Shown piece by piece: positions 16,888 to 27,323 of a stretch of 64,000 nucleotides of DNA. The notes beneath the pieces are model-generated. The model searched no databases and was not told the DNA's origin. It saw nothing but the letters and a program-made list of their open reading frames with translations. Each line of letters opens with the position of its first letter. Within the stretch, counting starts at the first letter, position 1. Position numbers and translations under genes: made by a program. The stretch is from an uncultured Verrucomicrobiae bacterium (GTDB lineage Bacteria > Verrucomicrobiota > Verrucomicrobiia > Chthoniobacterales > UBA10450): contig CAVTMK010000004.1 of NCBI GenBank assembly GCA_963735805.1, forward strand, positions 576,001 to 640,000, given 5' to 3'.

Positions 16888-17706
16888 ATGAATCCTCCAG
16901 CGAATCCAAATAAAGCACTCTGGGAAAAAGGCGATTTCACGCGCATTGCCGACACCATGCGCGAAAGCGGGGAGGGGCTGGTGCAGCGACTGGGAATCAC
17001 GAAGGAACTGAAAGTGCTCGATCTCGGCTGCGGCGATGGCACCACGGCGTTTCCCGCGGCGAAACTGGGCGCAGACGTGCTGGGCGTCGATATCGCGCGG
17101 AACCTGGTCGAGGCCGGCAACAAGCGGGCTGCGGAGCAAGGCCTGAACAACCTCAAGTTTCAGGAAGGGGATGCGTCCAATCTGGAGCAGTTGCCGGACA
17201 AGTCCTTTGATCTCGTGGTCAGCATCTTCGGCGCAATGTTCGCGCCCAAGCCGTTCGACGTGGCAAAAGAGATGGTGCGCGTGACGCGACCGTGGGGTCG
17301 CATTGTTATGGGTAACTGGATTCCGAATGATCCGACACTGGTGGCGCAGATTTTGAAGATCAGTTCGAATTACACGCCGCCACCGCCGGAAGGCTTCGTT
17401 AGTCCAGTGATGTGGGGCATTGAAAGCAACGTGATCGAGCGTTTTGGAGCGGCAGGAGTTCCGGCGAAGAACATTTCGTTCGCGCGAGACACGTTCACTT
17501 TCAATTTCCCGGGCACACCCGCGGCGTTGGTGGATGAATTCAGAAAATATTATGGGCCGACCATGAACGCGTTTGAAGCCGCGGAAAAAAAAGGCCGCGC
17601 GGCTGAGCTACAGAAAGAACTGGAAGAGTTGTTCGACAGCCAGAACAAAAGTCAAACTGCCACTTCTATTCCCGCAACCTTCCTCCGCGTTACGGTTACT
17701 ATTTGA
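16888..17706 (+). CDS. Class I SAM-dependent methyltransferase
   Basis: VLDLGCGDG, FDLVVSIFGAMFAP. Start set to ATG 16888. Confidence 0.9.
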   Translation: MNPPANPNKALWEKGDFTRIADTMRESGEGLVQRLGITKELKVLDLGCGDGTTAFPAAKLGADVLGVDIARNLVEAGNKRAAEQGLNNLKFQEGDASNLEQLPDKSFDLVVSIFGAMFAPKPFDVAKEMVRVTRPWGRIVMGNWIPNDPTLVAQILKISSNYTPPPPEGFVSPVMWGIESNVIERFGAAGVPAKNISFARDTFTFNFPGTPAALVDEFRKYYGPTMNAFEAAEKKGRAAELQKELEELFDSQNKSQTATSIPATFLRVTVTI

Positions 17707-17729
17707 AGCGTTGCCTTTAACCGCGACCG

Positions 17730-17845
17730 TGCGGCTGAGACAGCCGCCGCTACAACGACACGGCATGAATCGCGACAGTGGATCGACTTGTCCTCAAGGC
17801 GATGGGCGGTTTTCCAACGCGTTAGGGATAACGCGTTCCACCTTG
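17730..17845. repeat. REP-like palindromes between convergent genes
   Basis: GCGGCTGAGACAGCCGCCGCTAC and AACGCGTTAGGGATAACGCGTT hairpins. Confidence 0.55.
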
Positions 17846-17847
17846 GT

Positions 17848-19020
17848 TTACGGTTTGCCCGGCTTTTTCTTGCCTTGCGGTTGGCCGCCAGCCGGCGGGT
17901 GAGGGCGATTACCTCCGGCTGCCGTCGGGGGATGTTTCCCCATTTGAGCGTTATGCGCGCTCATTTGCGGATTATGCGCAACAGCCTTCGGCTGGTGCGA
18001 CACTTGATTCATCTGATGAGGTGTATGAACGGCGCCAGCTCCAGCTCCGGTTGCTTTGCCGGTATGCATTTTCGCCTGGTTTCCCCCAGTGGTTCGCATG
18101 TTGTTGCCCTGATTTCCGGTCTTGAGCTTGTTGCCGTTTGCTCCACCATTGGCTGCCCCCGCTGCCTTACCTGCGCCGGCTCCCTGGAGATTACGCTCGG
18201 TCACGTTCCCGGATTTGTTTGCAGCTTTTCCTGCACCCGCCGCAGTTCCCGGTCCTTTTCCGGCGCCTGCGCCGGCTCCTGTGGCAGTGCCGAAGCCCGT
18301 GGCGCCTCCTTTGCCTTGCCCCACACCTTCGTTCTTGTTGAATGATTTGATCGCGTCGGCGTTCGGATTGCCCTTGTTCACCGATGCCTTCAGATTTTGA
18401 TCCTTGCTCGCCGCCTGCTGACGTGCCAGTTGCTGGGACGTTGGCCCCATTTTCTTAGCGTTCGTCGCAGCGGCTTTTTGTGCCGCGGTCTGCTGCGCAT
18501 TTACTCCATTAGGACCGTTAAAGCTGGCGCGGGTAGCGGTCATCTGTTTGCTCACCGAGTTATTGACGTAGGTGTTATGGATAATGTTGGTGTTCACGCG
18601 TGTCACCGCGGTGTTGTACTGGAAGGTGTTTCCACTCCATCGTCCGCCCCAGTAGCCGTTTCCGGTGTAGCCGTGGCCGTAATTAATGCCTCCATAAAAA
18701 CCGACGGTTGGTCCCCAGTAACCCTGGTTAAACACATAAGCGCCGTTGTTCCAGCCCCACCATGCCGGTGTCCAAAGCAGGCCCACCGTCGGTGGAGGAA
18801 CCCAGACACCCGGGACCCAGTAATAGTCCCCTTCACCCCAGCCCCAGTAACCTGGAGTCCAGATATAGCCTGGTTCCGGGCAGGCTGGTTGCTCGTATAC
18901 CGGCAGAGGCGGCGGAGCAAAATTAACCGATATGTCTACCTGAGCGTACGAGGTCGCGAAAGGTAGTGCGAGAAAGCCAGCTAGAATAAGGGAACGTAGT
19001 TTCATAATTTTCATTGTCAT
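17848..19020 (-). CDS. Secreted YXWGXW/WXXGXW-repeat protein with a low-complexity C-terminus
   Basis: Signal peptide, APPPLPVYEQP, WTPGYWGW, WVPGVW, NQGYWG repeats, G/A/K/N-rich tail. Confidence 0.88.
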   Translation of the reverse strand: MTMKIMKLRSLILAGFLALPFATSYAQVDISVNFAPPPLPVYEQPACPEPGYIWTPGYWGWGEGDYYWVPGVWVPPPTVGLLWTPAWWGWNNGAYVFNQGYWGPTVGFYGGINYGHGYTGNGYWGGRWSGNTFQYNTAVTRVNTNIIHNTYVNNSVSKQMTATRASFNGPNGVNAQQTAAQKAAATNAKKMGPTSQQLARQQAASKDQNLKASVNKGNPNADAIKSFNKNEGVGQGKGGATGFGTATGAGAGAGKGPGTAAGAGKAANKSGNVTERNLQGAGAGKAAGAANGGANGNKLKTGNQGNNMRTTGGNQAKMHTGKATGAGAGAVHTPHQMNQVSHQPKAVAHNPQMSAHNAQMGKHPPTAAGGNRPHPPAGGQPQGKKKPGKP

Positions 19021-19228
19021 AATACGTAATTAAACGGATTTCGGCCGCTTTTCATTCGATGAAGTCCGCGCTCAGGGTAATCAGTCTGGATTTGAACGCA
19101 ACGCTTTTACCGGGAAACTAGAAACCATGAAGTAAGAGGCCTTACTTCATCCGATCGAAGGTTTTGGCTTGTCCGCGCGATTCGTTTGAATTGTTAAAGC
19201 GTTAAAGCGGCGGATTGCGACATTCGAG

Positions 19229-20188
19229 TCATTTTATTTTGTCGAATGTCTTCTGGAGAATTTCAAGATCGCTCGCGCCACCGGTCTTTTCGCGTGTTGT
19301 TTCGATCCATTTTTTCTCCAGCGCGTTTTTGGTAGGGCGATCGGTTTCATAGAACACGCCGAACACGCCGGGGAAAGGGAGCGACGCCAGTTTGTAAGCG
19401 GCGAGCTCGTCCGTCACGTCATGTCGTAACTCGTCCTCGGGTGTGTTGTCCCATTTCTTTTCCTGGATCACTTCAAAACTGCCGCCTTTGCGCGGGTTGG
19501 CCGGGTCGAACACATCCGGAAAAAATTCCACGCATTCGCTCAGGCACTCAATGACGCTGAAACCCTGGTGATCGAACGCGCGCTCGATCATTTGAATCAT
19601 GTGATTGACGTTTGCGGCGTGGGTACGCGCAATGAAGCTTGCCCCGCCGGCAATCAATTTTTTCATCGGATTAACCGGCTGATCGATCGCGCCGGTGGGA
19701 TCGGTCTTCGATTTAAATCCGACGGGCGAGGTGGGCGAGGTTTGTTTCTTCGTCAGGCCGTAGACGAAGTTGTCCATGATGAAATAAGTCATGTTGATGT
19801 TTTTGCGCCCGCCGTGATCGACATGATTGCCGCCGATGGAGAACCCATCGCCGTCGCCGCCAAACAAAAACACATGCAGATCCGGCCGGGCCAGGCTGAT
19901 GCCCGACGCGAGCGGGACGGCACGACCATGAATGTAATGGGCGCCATGGCCATTGACGAAATAAGGGAAGCGCGACGAACAACCGATACCTGCGAGGGTG
20001 ACGATCTTTTCGTGGTCGACGTTGTGCTTCTCGAGCATCTTGTAGAACGCGGCGAGCACCGCGAAATCGCCGCAACCAGGACACCACGTGGGGTGGTCGG
20101 CGGTCATCGCTTTCTTGGTGAGTTTTTCCCTGGGCGGCTCTGCGATCGCAGTGGTGCCGTCGCCGTTTCCTGTTGTTGCTTCGCTCAT
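19229..20188 (-). CDS. korB: 2-oxoacid:ferredoxin oxidoreductase beta subunit
   Basis: WCPGCGD, GIGCS, HGRA, GDGD...N TPP-binding motif. Confidence 0.93.
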   Translation of the reverse strand: MSEATTGNGDGTTAIAEPPREKLTKKAMTADHPTWCPGCGDFAVLAAFYKMLEKHNVDHEKIVTLAGIGCSSRFPYFVNGHGAHYIHGRAVPLASGISLARPDLHVFLFGGDGDGFSIGGNHVDHGGRKNINMTYFIMDNFVYGLTKKQTSPTSPVGFKSKTDPTGAIDQPVNPMKKLIAGGASFIARTHAANVNHMIQMIERAFDHQGFSVIECLSECVEFFPDVFDPANPRKGGSFEVIQEKKWDNTPEDELRHDVTDELAAYKLASLPFPGVFGVFYETDRPTKNALEKKWIETTREKTGGASDLEILQKTFDKIK

Positions 20189-20193
20189 GAGTT

Positions 20194-20243
20194 CGTTGAG
20201 TCGTTAGTTGGTTGAATCGTTAAGAAGTTAAACCGTTAAAGCG
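20194..20243. repeat. Degenerate octamer tandem repeat (NGTTRRNN x6)
   Basis: CGTTGAGT CGTTAGTT GGTTGAAT CGTTAAGA AGTTAAAC CGTTAAAG between korA and korB. Confidence 0.7.
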
Positions 20244-20258
20244 AAAATCCGCAATTCA

Positions 20259-22229
20259 TTATCCTGCTCCCTGGGGCACAATTTCTCGTAAAGATTTTAC
20301 ATTTTCTCCGCCCGTATCCTCGTGAATAATCGCCGCGCCGTCGCGGGGAATGTGTCGCGCCGCAAACGAGCGGCCATGAAACACGCCGTCTAAAATTTCT
20401 TTCACCCGGAAAGTGAGTCCATCGGTCTTGGTAAAGCTGCTGATTTTCGGTTCGCAAAAACGGGCTCGCAAAATCGTGGCGAGCTGACCGTAGCCATAGA
20501 CTCCCTGATCGTTCATCTCGACGGTAACGATGCGCTTGAATTTCTCGAAGATTTTCTCGAGACCGTTCGGCAATGGATGGATGTGTCGCAGATGCAGTGC
20601 GCCCACTTTTTCTCCGTGTTCGCGCGCAAGCACTACCGCGTCGTGAATGGGCCCGTAAGTTGAACCCCAGCCGACGAGCAGCGTGTCGCCCTCCTGATCG
20701 CCATAAACTTCCGGCACCGGAATTTCTTCGGCGAGCTTGCGCAATTTGTTTCGACGTTTCGCGGTCATGGCCATGTGCAGCTTCGGGCTGCCGGTGGGAT
20801 GACCCATCTCGTCGTGCTCGAGCCCGGCCAGGAGCGGGTATTTTCCGTCGAGAATACGCGTACCCGGCGGGGCGTGCTGCGTGATTTGATCGATAGGATA
20901 TGGCTTGTGTGTCTGTCGCGGTGTCAGATCGGGCTTTGGATTTTGCATCAGCTTGGGCAGATCCGGTTCGTCGAACGCTTCAATTCGCGTGGCCAGCGAT
21001 GTGTCGCTCAAAATGAATACCGGCGTGCTGTATTTCCGCGCGATGCGAGCCGCTTCGAGCGCGATGTAAAAGCAATCTTCCACTGTCGATGCTGCGAGCA
21101 CCACACGCGGGCTGTCGCCATGGCTGCCGAAAATTGCCTGATGCAAATCGCTTTGCTCGACGTTGGTTGGCAAACCTGTGCTCGGACCGCCACGTTGAAT
21201 ATTGCAAATGATCAGCGGGATCTCGGCCATCGACGCCCAGCCAATCGCCTCGGTTTTCAGCGAAATTCCCGGGCCAGCGCTCCCGGTCACAGCGAGATAT
21301 CCCGAATACGAACAACCGATAGCTATCGAGACCGATGCCAGCTCGTCCTCTGCCTGGACAAAGATGCCTCCATATTTTGGTAGCTCACGGCGCAATATTT
21401 CCATGACGGACGACCACGGCGTGATCGGGTAGCCGGCGCCGAACCGCACTCCCGCGGCGATGAGTCCGTATGCGAGTGCCTGGTTGCCGTCCATCGTGAG
21501 CTGCGGGCGACCGCTCGCTCTCGGGATGTGCTCAAAACGATAGTGCTTTGTCAGAACATTGCCGACTGGATACGCATAGCCGGCCTGGAAAGCCATCAAT
21601 GCCGTGTTCACCACGCTCTCGTCTTTGCCGCCGAATTTTTCGGTGATCAGTTTCTTCAGCTTTTCAACGTCGAGATTAAAAATTTTCGCGATCAACCCGA
21701 GAACGAAAATGTTTTTACCCTTGTCCTTGGCCGTGCCGCCCAGCGCTTCGACCGTCAAACCTGTGATGGGCACGCCGACGTAAACGAAGCGTTTGTCGTC
21801 GAGGTTCGGTTCGACGTTGTCGGAATCGTAAAGCAGGACGCCGCCTTCGCGCAGAAAGTGGAGGTGATCCTGATAACTGTGCTGATAAAACGCGACGAGG
21901 AAGTCGGCTTCGTCACCTGCCGATAACACTTCACCGGAACCGATGCGCACCTGGAAAATCGATGGACCACCCGAAATCGTGGCCGGAATGGTCATGTAGG
22001 TCATGACATCGTGTTCGCTGCGTCCAGCGAGCCGGGCCAGAAAGGCGCCGGCGGTTTGAATTCCGTCCTGCGAATTTCCAGCGAGACGAATTACGGCGTC
22101 CTGAATATTTTCAGGGCGCAGATCGGCGCGGTCCGAAACGGGACCGGCAGTGGAAGCCAGAGCGGCGCTGGAAGTAGAATTGGCGGCAGTCCCGCCATCA
22201 CCTTGGGTCACAGCAGAAGTTTCATTCAC
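20259..22229 (-). CDS. korA: 2-oxoacid:ferredoxin oxidoreductase alpha subunit (gamma-alpha fusion)
   Basis: GYPITP, QAEDE, QRGGPSTGLPT, VGWGSTYG. Confidence 0.93.
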   Translation of the reverse strand: MNETSAVTQGDGGTAANSTSSAALASTAGPVSDRADLRPENIQDAVIRLAGNSQDGIQTAGAFLARLAGRSEHDVMTYMTIPATISGGPSIFQVRIGSGEVLSAGDEADFLVAFYQHSYQDHLHFLREGGVLLYDSDNVEPNLDDKRFVYVGVPITGLTVEALGGTAKDKGKNIFVLGLIAKIFNLDVEKLKKLITEKFGGKDESVVNTALMAFQAGYAYPVGNVLTKHYRFEHIPRASGRPQLTMDGNQALAYGLIAAGVRFGAGYPITPWSSVMEILRRELPKYGGIFVQAEDELASVSIAIGCSYSGYLAVTGSAGPGISLKTEAIGWASMAEIPLIICNIQRGGPSTGLPTNVEQSDLHQAIFGSHGDSPRVVLAASTVEDCFYIALEAARIARKYSTPVFILSDTSLATRIEAFDEPDLPKLMQNPKPDLTPRQTHKPYPIDQITQHAPPGTRILDGKYPLLAGLEHDEMGHPTGSPKLHMAMTAKRRNKLRKLAEEIPVPEVYGDQEGDTLLVGWGSTYGPIHDAVVLAREHGEKVGALHLRHIHPLPNGLEKIFEKFKRIVTVEMNDQGVYGYGQLATILRARFCEPKISSFTKTDGLTFRVKEILDGVFHGRSFAARHIPRDGAAIIHEDTGGENVKSLREIVPQGAG

Positions 22230-22395
22230 GGGATTATAAAACTAACAGAATTGGAGCAGCATTCCACCGGCAATTGAATTTGCCCGGCGCGCCCTCGCCG
22301 CACGAGCGAGTTTGCTCGCGCCTTACAAATTTTCCTGATTGCAGGTGGTGGAGTCACTGATAAGGTGCGGCTTCCCCCCGCGATTGGAGAAATAT

Positions 22396-23469
22396 ATGGC
22401 TGAAGCGGGAGTGATCGATCCGGCTCGTCAGGAGCAGTTCGTTGGAAAAGTAGTTCAGCAGATCAGCGGCACAATGACGACGCTGCTCGGAGCTATTGGC
22501 GACCGGCTGGGGCTATTCAAGAATCTCGCCGAGCAGGGGCCGGCGACGTCGGCAGAGCTGGCTTCGCGAACGAAAATGAACGAGCGATATTTGCGCGAAT
22601 GGCTGGGCGGTATGGCGACGGCCGGCTACCTGGATTACGACGGAGCCACGAAGCGTTTCAGTCTGCCAGCCGAGCACGCGTCCGTCCTCGCGCATGAGAA
22701 CGGCCCGTTTTTTGTCGGCGGCATGTATCAGATGTTGCCCGCGTTCACCAGCGTGTTCGAGCCGGTCATGACTGCGTTTCGCAGCGGCGGTGGCGTTTCT
22801 CAATCGCAATACACCGATATGATGTGGGACGGTCTGGAACGGTTCACGTGCACGTGGTTTGAGAATTTGTTGTTGCAACAATGGATTCCTGCGATGCCTG
22901 ACGTGAAAGCGCTTTTGGAACGCGGTTGTGAAGTGGCTGACGTAGGATGCGGACGGGGACGCGGCCTCATCAAACTGGCGCAGGCGTTTCCCCGGTCGCG
23001 TTATGTGGGGTACGACAACTTTGGTCCCACCGTCAAGCGGGCGACGGCTAATGCGCGCGAGGCCGGCGTGTCGGACCGGGTGCGCTTTGAAGAACGCGAC
23101 GTGTCGAAAGGATTGCCGGCGCAGTTTGATGTGATCACGACGTTCGATGTGGTGCACGATGCCGTCGATCCACTTCAGCTGTTGCAATCAATTCGTCGAG
23201 CCCTTCGGCCAGGCGGCATTTACGTTTGTCTGGATATCAACTGCTCCGACAAACTGGAGGAGAACACCAATCCGTTCGGCGCAATGTTTCACGGCGTAAG
23301 CGTGTTCTATTGCATGACGACGTCGCTCGCGAACAATGGCGCAGGACTGGGCACGCTCGGTTTTCATGAAGCGAAAGTCCGCGAGCTTTGCGAGAAGGCC
23401 GGGTTCAGCTGCGTCCGGCGTGTGCCGCTGGAAAATCCTTTTAACAATTTATACGAAGCAAAACCGTGA
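22396..23469 (+). CDS. SAM-dependent methyltransferase with N-terminal wHTH (Rv2258c-like)
   Basis: IGDRLGLF, ERYLREWL, VADVGCGRG, FDVVHD. GGAG RBS before ATG 22396. Confidence 0.9.
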   Translation: MAEAGVIDPARQEQFVGKVVQQISGTMTTLLGAIGDRLGLFKNLAEQGPATSAELASRTKMNERYLREWLGGMATAGYLDYDGATKRFSLPAEHASVLAHENGPFFVGGMYQMLPAFTSVFEPVMTAFRSGGGVSQSQYTDMMWDGLERFTCTWFENLLLQQWIPAMPDVKALLERGCEVADVGCGRGRGLIKLAQAFPRSRYVGYDNFGPTVKRATANAREAGVSDRVRFEERDVSKGLPAQFDVITTFDVVHDAVDPLQLLQSIRRALRPGGIYVCLDINCSDKLEENTNPFGAMFHGVSVFYCMTTSLANNGAGLGTLGFHEAKVRELCEKAGFSCVRRVPLENPFNNLYEAKP

Positions 23470-23587
23470 AATTGATCGTCGCTGCCGCGGGGCTCGCCAA
23501 ATTTTTTTATAGCGGGGCAGCCGCTTCGACACCGACTCACGAACCTTATTTGCCAAAACACAACAATCGCCTGGCCATTAGGAGATT

Positions 23588-23806
23588 ATGAAGAAATCGA
23601 AAGCGACGCTTGCCATTGTTTTCATGGTTGCGCTATACGTAGGGGTTTCTTACGTTGAATACGATCTGGCGATGCATTTCCGAATCCTCTTCAGCGTTGC
23701 AACTGTTTGCGGTTTATTCGTGCTGGTCAGCGCGCTGCGTCGAGCGCCCGAAGGCTACGAAGACGAGACTGGATTTCATTCTGGTGCGCTGGCCGCTTTG
23801 CTGTAA
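23588..23806 (+). CDS. Small membrane protein
   Basis: GGAG RBS, two hydrophobic helices, RRAPEGYEDETGFH tail. Confidence 0.6.
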   Translation: MKKSKATLAIVFMVALYVGVSYVEYDLAMHFRILFSVATVCGLFVLVSALRRAPEGYEDETGFHSGALAALL

Positions 23807-23810
23807 CCCC

Positions 23811-26060
23811 TCAATTTTTGTCCGGCGATTTGCTTGCTCCATTCGCGCTCTGCGCGCGATCCAGCCCGCGTCGCTTTAGCAACGGCTCGATGTAAGGATC
23901 GCGTCCGACGAAATTCTTAAATAGCCCGAGGGCGTCAGACGATCCACCGCGCGAGAGTAACATGGAGCGAAAGCGATCGCCGTTCTCGCGCTTTAATCCG
24001 CCATGTTCCTTGAACCACTCGACCGTGTCGGCATCGAGCACTTCGCTCCAAAGATAGGAATAATAACCGGCTGAGTAACCGCCACCGAAGATGTGTGAAA
24101 AATAAAAGCTGCGGTACCGCGGGGGCACCGGCGAAAAATCGACACCGGCCTTGTGCAGCGCCTCCGCTTCAAATGCGACGGCATCTTTCGGTATCTCGGA
24201 CGGATTCAGTTGATGCCACGCCTGATCGAGAAGTGATGCGGACAGGTATTCGGTTGTTTTGTAGCCCTGATTGAATTTCTCCGCAGCCATCACCTTGTCG
24301 AGCAACGCCTGTGGGATCGGTTCGCCGGTCTTGTAATGTTTCGCGTAATTCTTGAGCACCTCGGGCCATGTCGCCCACATCTCGTTCACCTGCGACGGAT
24401 ACTCGACGAAGTCGCGCGGTACGCTTGTCCCGCTGAAGCGCGGGTATTTTACGTTTGAAAACATCCCATGCAGCGCGTGCCCGAACTCATGGAAAGCAGT
24501 GCGCACCTCATCGTACGTAAGCAACGTGGGTTCGCCGGGCGGCGGTTTCGGAATATTGAGATGATTGGCTACGACTGGCTTGGTCCCGAACAGATCGCTT
24601 TGCTGCACGTACGCGTTCATCCATGCCCCGCCGCGTTTCGATGGGCGCGCGTAATAGTCGCCGAGAAACAATGCCAGTGGTTTTCCGTCTCGATCGTAAA
24701 CTTCGAACACTCGCACGTCCGGGTTGTAGACGGGAATGTCGTGACGCTCTTTGAAGGTCAGACCATATTCCTTGTTTGCCGCGAAAAAAACGCCATCGAG
24801 AATGACGTGATTCAACTCGAAGTACGGGCGCAGCTCCGACTCGTCGAAGGCGTAGCGCGCCTTGCGAACTTTCTCCGAATAAAAAGGCCAGTCCCATGAC
24901 GCGATCTGGAAGCCGCCCTTTTCCTGGTCGACAATCTTCTGCATGTCGGCCGCTTCGCGTTTTGCGTTGGCGACCGCCGGCGGCGCGAGATCGCCAAGGA
25001 GTTTGTTCACGGTAGGAACATCGTGTGCGGTTTGGTCTTCCAGCTGATACGCAGCCCAATTCGCATAACCGAGCAACGTCGCTTTTTCTGCGCGCAACTG
25101 CGCCATTCGTTTCACGATGTCGCGCGTATCGAACTCGCCGCCATGGCTGTTGCGCGCGAGGGAAGTTTGCATGATGCGCTCGCGCAATTGCCGGTTTTCT
25201 AACGAGCCAAGCAGAGGCTGCCCGGTCGTGTTCTGCATTTGAATGACGAATTTGCCTTCCTTGTGCTCCGCTTTCGCAGCCGCGGTAACGCTTGCGATCT
25301 GATTATCGGAAAGACCGGTCAGATCTTCCTTGCGATCGACGACGACCGAGGATGCGTTCTTTTCCTTCAAAACATTTTGCTCGAATTGGGTCTGCAGAGT
25401 TGCCAGCTCGGCATTGATTTTCTTGAGCTTCTCCTTGTCCGCATCGGAGAGCTTCGCGCCGGCGCGCACGAAATCCTTGTAATAGCGCTCCAGCAGATAA
25501 GCCGATTCCGGATCCAGCCCAAGGTTGTTGCGATCGTCGTAAAGCTGCTGCACGCGCGCGAACAATTTCGGATTCAAAAAAATCTCGTCGTGATGCGCGG
25601 CGAGTTTCGGAGCCATTTCCTTGTCGATCTTCTGCAATGTCGGATTGGTATTGCAGGCGTTAAGGTTCGAAAAAGTGCGCTGTGCCCGGTCAAGCAAACG
25701 GCCGGTGCGTTCCAGCGCCACAATGGTGTTGTCGAATGTTGGCTTTTCAGAATTGTTTGCCACCGTTCCAACTTCCTTGAGTTGGTCGCGCATGCCCTGC
25801 TCGATTGCCGGCGCGAAGTGTTCGTCCTTGATCTTGTCGAATGGCGGGACGTGATACGGCAGCGAGCTTTCGGTGAGGAACGGGTTATCGGCGATATTGG
25901 GATTTTCCACAGGTGACGTTTGCGCAATGACAGAGATAGCTGTGATGTGCGTTACTGCCACAATTATGCCGAATACCGCGTGAGCAGATGTCAATTTTAC
26001 CAGCGAACAAGGACGAGCGTGCATGGTTTGGACTTTCCGCAGGCTCGCGTCCCCAGGCAA
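23811..26060 (-). CDS. dcp: M3-family metallopeptidase (peptidyl-dipeptidase Dcp), probably exported, start uncertain
   Basis: FHEFGHALH zinc motif, RDFVEYPSQ, KRGGAWM, GYSAGYYSYLW. Confidence 0.93.
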   Translation of the reverse strand: MPGDASLRKVQTMHARPCSLVKLTSAHAVFGIIVAVTHITAISVIAQTSPVENPNIADNPFLTESSLPYHVPPFDKIKDEHFAPAIEQGMRDQLKEVGTVANNSEKPTFDNTIVALERTGRLLDRAQRTFSNLNACNTNPTLQKIDKEMAPKLAAHHDEIFLNPKLFARVQQLYDDRNNLGLDPESAYLLERYYKDFVRAGAKLSDADKEKLKKINAELATLQTQFEQNVLKEKNASSVVVDRKEDLTGLSDNQIASVTAAAKAEHKEGKFVIQMQNTTGQPLLGSLENRQLRERIMQTSLARNSHGGEFDTRDIVKRMAQLRAEKATLLGYANWAAYQLEDQTAHDVPTVNKLLGDLAPPAVANAKREAADMQKIVDQEKGGFQIASWDWPFYSEKVRKARYAFDESELRPYFELNHVILDGVFFAANKEYGLTFKERHDIPVYNPDVRVFEVYDRDGKPLALFLGDYYARPSKRGGAWMNAYVQQSDLFGTKPVVANHLNIPKPPPGEPTLLTYDEVRTAFHEFGHALHGMFSNVKYPRFSGTSVPRDFVEYPSQVNEMWATWPEVLKNYAKHYKTGEPIPQALLDKVMAAEKFNQGYKTTEYLSASLLDQAWHQLNPSEIPKDAVAFEAEALHKAGVDFSPVPPRYRSFYFSHIFGGGYSAGYYSYLWSEVLDADTVEWFKEHGGLKRENGDRFRSMLLSRGGSSDALGLFKNFVGRDPYIEPLLKRRGLDRAQSANGASKSPDKN

Positions 26061-26084
26061 CAGCGATTACGGTCGCACACACGC

Positions 26085-27203
26085 ATGAGACGTATTCTCT
26101 CAATCCTGCTGCTGATCGCGTCGGTCGCGGCAGCGTCAACAGACGCGGCGCCGACCTTCGACGAAAAGGCAGCTGAGCGGTTCGCGAAACTGGCGCTTGC
26201 GTGTGTGGGGAAGGAATACCCGAACAAGATCAGTCACGTGCTGAATAGCGACGCGGACGTGGCGCCGCCGCGCAAGCTTACTCCGACGTTTTGCGGTTGC
26301 TACGACTGGCATTCTTCGGTGCACGGACATTGGCTGCTCGTGAGACTGTTGCGCACGTTTCCAGATGCTCCGTTTGCCGCGCAGGCGCGCGAGGCACTGC
26401 GCAAAAGTCTTAGCGCCGAAAATTTGAAGCAGGAAGCTGCGTATCTTCGTGGGGAAGGCCGAGGCAGTTTTGAGCGGCCTTATGGATTGGCGTGGCTGCT
26501 GCAATTATGTGAAGAGCTGCGCGAGTGGGATGACGACCAGGCGCGAGAAATGTCAGCGAATCTGCGTCCACTCGAAGACATCGCGGTCGAGCGATTGAAA
26601 ACATGGCTGCCGAAACTTTCGCATCCGGTGCGTGTCGGCGAGCATGATCAAACAGCATTCGGACTCGGCCTGATGCTCGATTATGCTCGCTCAACCAAAA
26701 ACGATTCTTTCGCCAGGCTGGTTGAGGATTCTGCGAGAAAGTTCTTCCTCTCCGACAAGGACTGTCCCCTCAACTACGAACCTTCAGGTGAAGATTTTTT
26801 GTCGCCATGTCTGGGCGAAGCTGACGCGATGCGTCGCGTTTTGCCGCAAATGGAATTCGCGAAGTGGCTCACTGATTTCATGCCGCAAATTCCAAGGACG
26901 GGAAACGGCGACTGGCTGAAACCGGTTGTGTCGCCGGATCCGAGCGATCCCAAGCTTGCGCATCTGGACGGACTAAACCTGAGTCGCGCCTGGATGCTCG
27001 AAGGAATCCTGTCGGCCCTGCCACGTGGTGATCCGCGTAGAGCGGCGCTGCAGACTGCCGCGGACGCGCATCGACGCGCGGGTCTCGCCGCGGTTACGGG
27101 CGCCCATTACGAGGGCGGACACTGGCTCGGAAGTTTTGCCGTTTATCTCACAACACAACGGGGCATCCAAAAAGAAGGAGCGACTGCGTCGCAGAATCAG
27201 TAA
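26085..27203 (+). CDS. DUF2891-family secreted protein
   Basis: EYPNK, FCGCYDWHSSVHGHW, FERPYGLAWLL, HLDGLNLSRAW, YEGGHWLGSFA. Signal peptide from ATG 26085. Confidence 0.88.
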   Translation: MRRILSILLLIASVAAASTDAAPTFDEKAAERFAKLALACVGKEYPNKISHVLNSDADVAPPRKLTPTFCGCYDWHSSVHGHWLLVRLLRTFPDAPFAAQAREALRKSLSAENLKQEAAYLRGEGRGSFERPYGLAWLLQLCEELREWDDDQAREMSANLRPLEDIAVERLKTWLPKLSHPVRVGEHDQTAFGLGLMLDYARSTKNDSFARLVEDSARKFFLSDKDCPLNYEPSGEDFLSPCLGEADAMRRVLPQMEFAKWLTDFMPQIPRTGNGDWLKPVVSPDPSDPKLAHLDGLNLSRAWMLEGILSALPRGDPRRAALQTAADAHRRAGLAAVTGAHYEGGHWLGSFAVYLTTQRGIQKEGATASQNQ

Positions 27204-27227
27204 CCGGTCTTCGCCAAGCCGAAAGGG

Positions 27228-27318
27228 TGTAGCCACGGCGCTGTGTCGCCATGCTAATGGATAATCGAACGGAGCGCCTCGACACCCGCCACGGCGGGCA
27301 AGCTATGAGGCGGCTACA
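27228..27318. repeat. GTAG...CTAC REP doublet (REPIN-like)
   Basis: TGTAGCCACGGCGCTGTGTCGCC ... GAGGCGGCTACA. Homologous to 16520-16614. Confidence 0.7.
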
Positions 27319-27323
27319 GGTTA

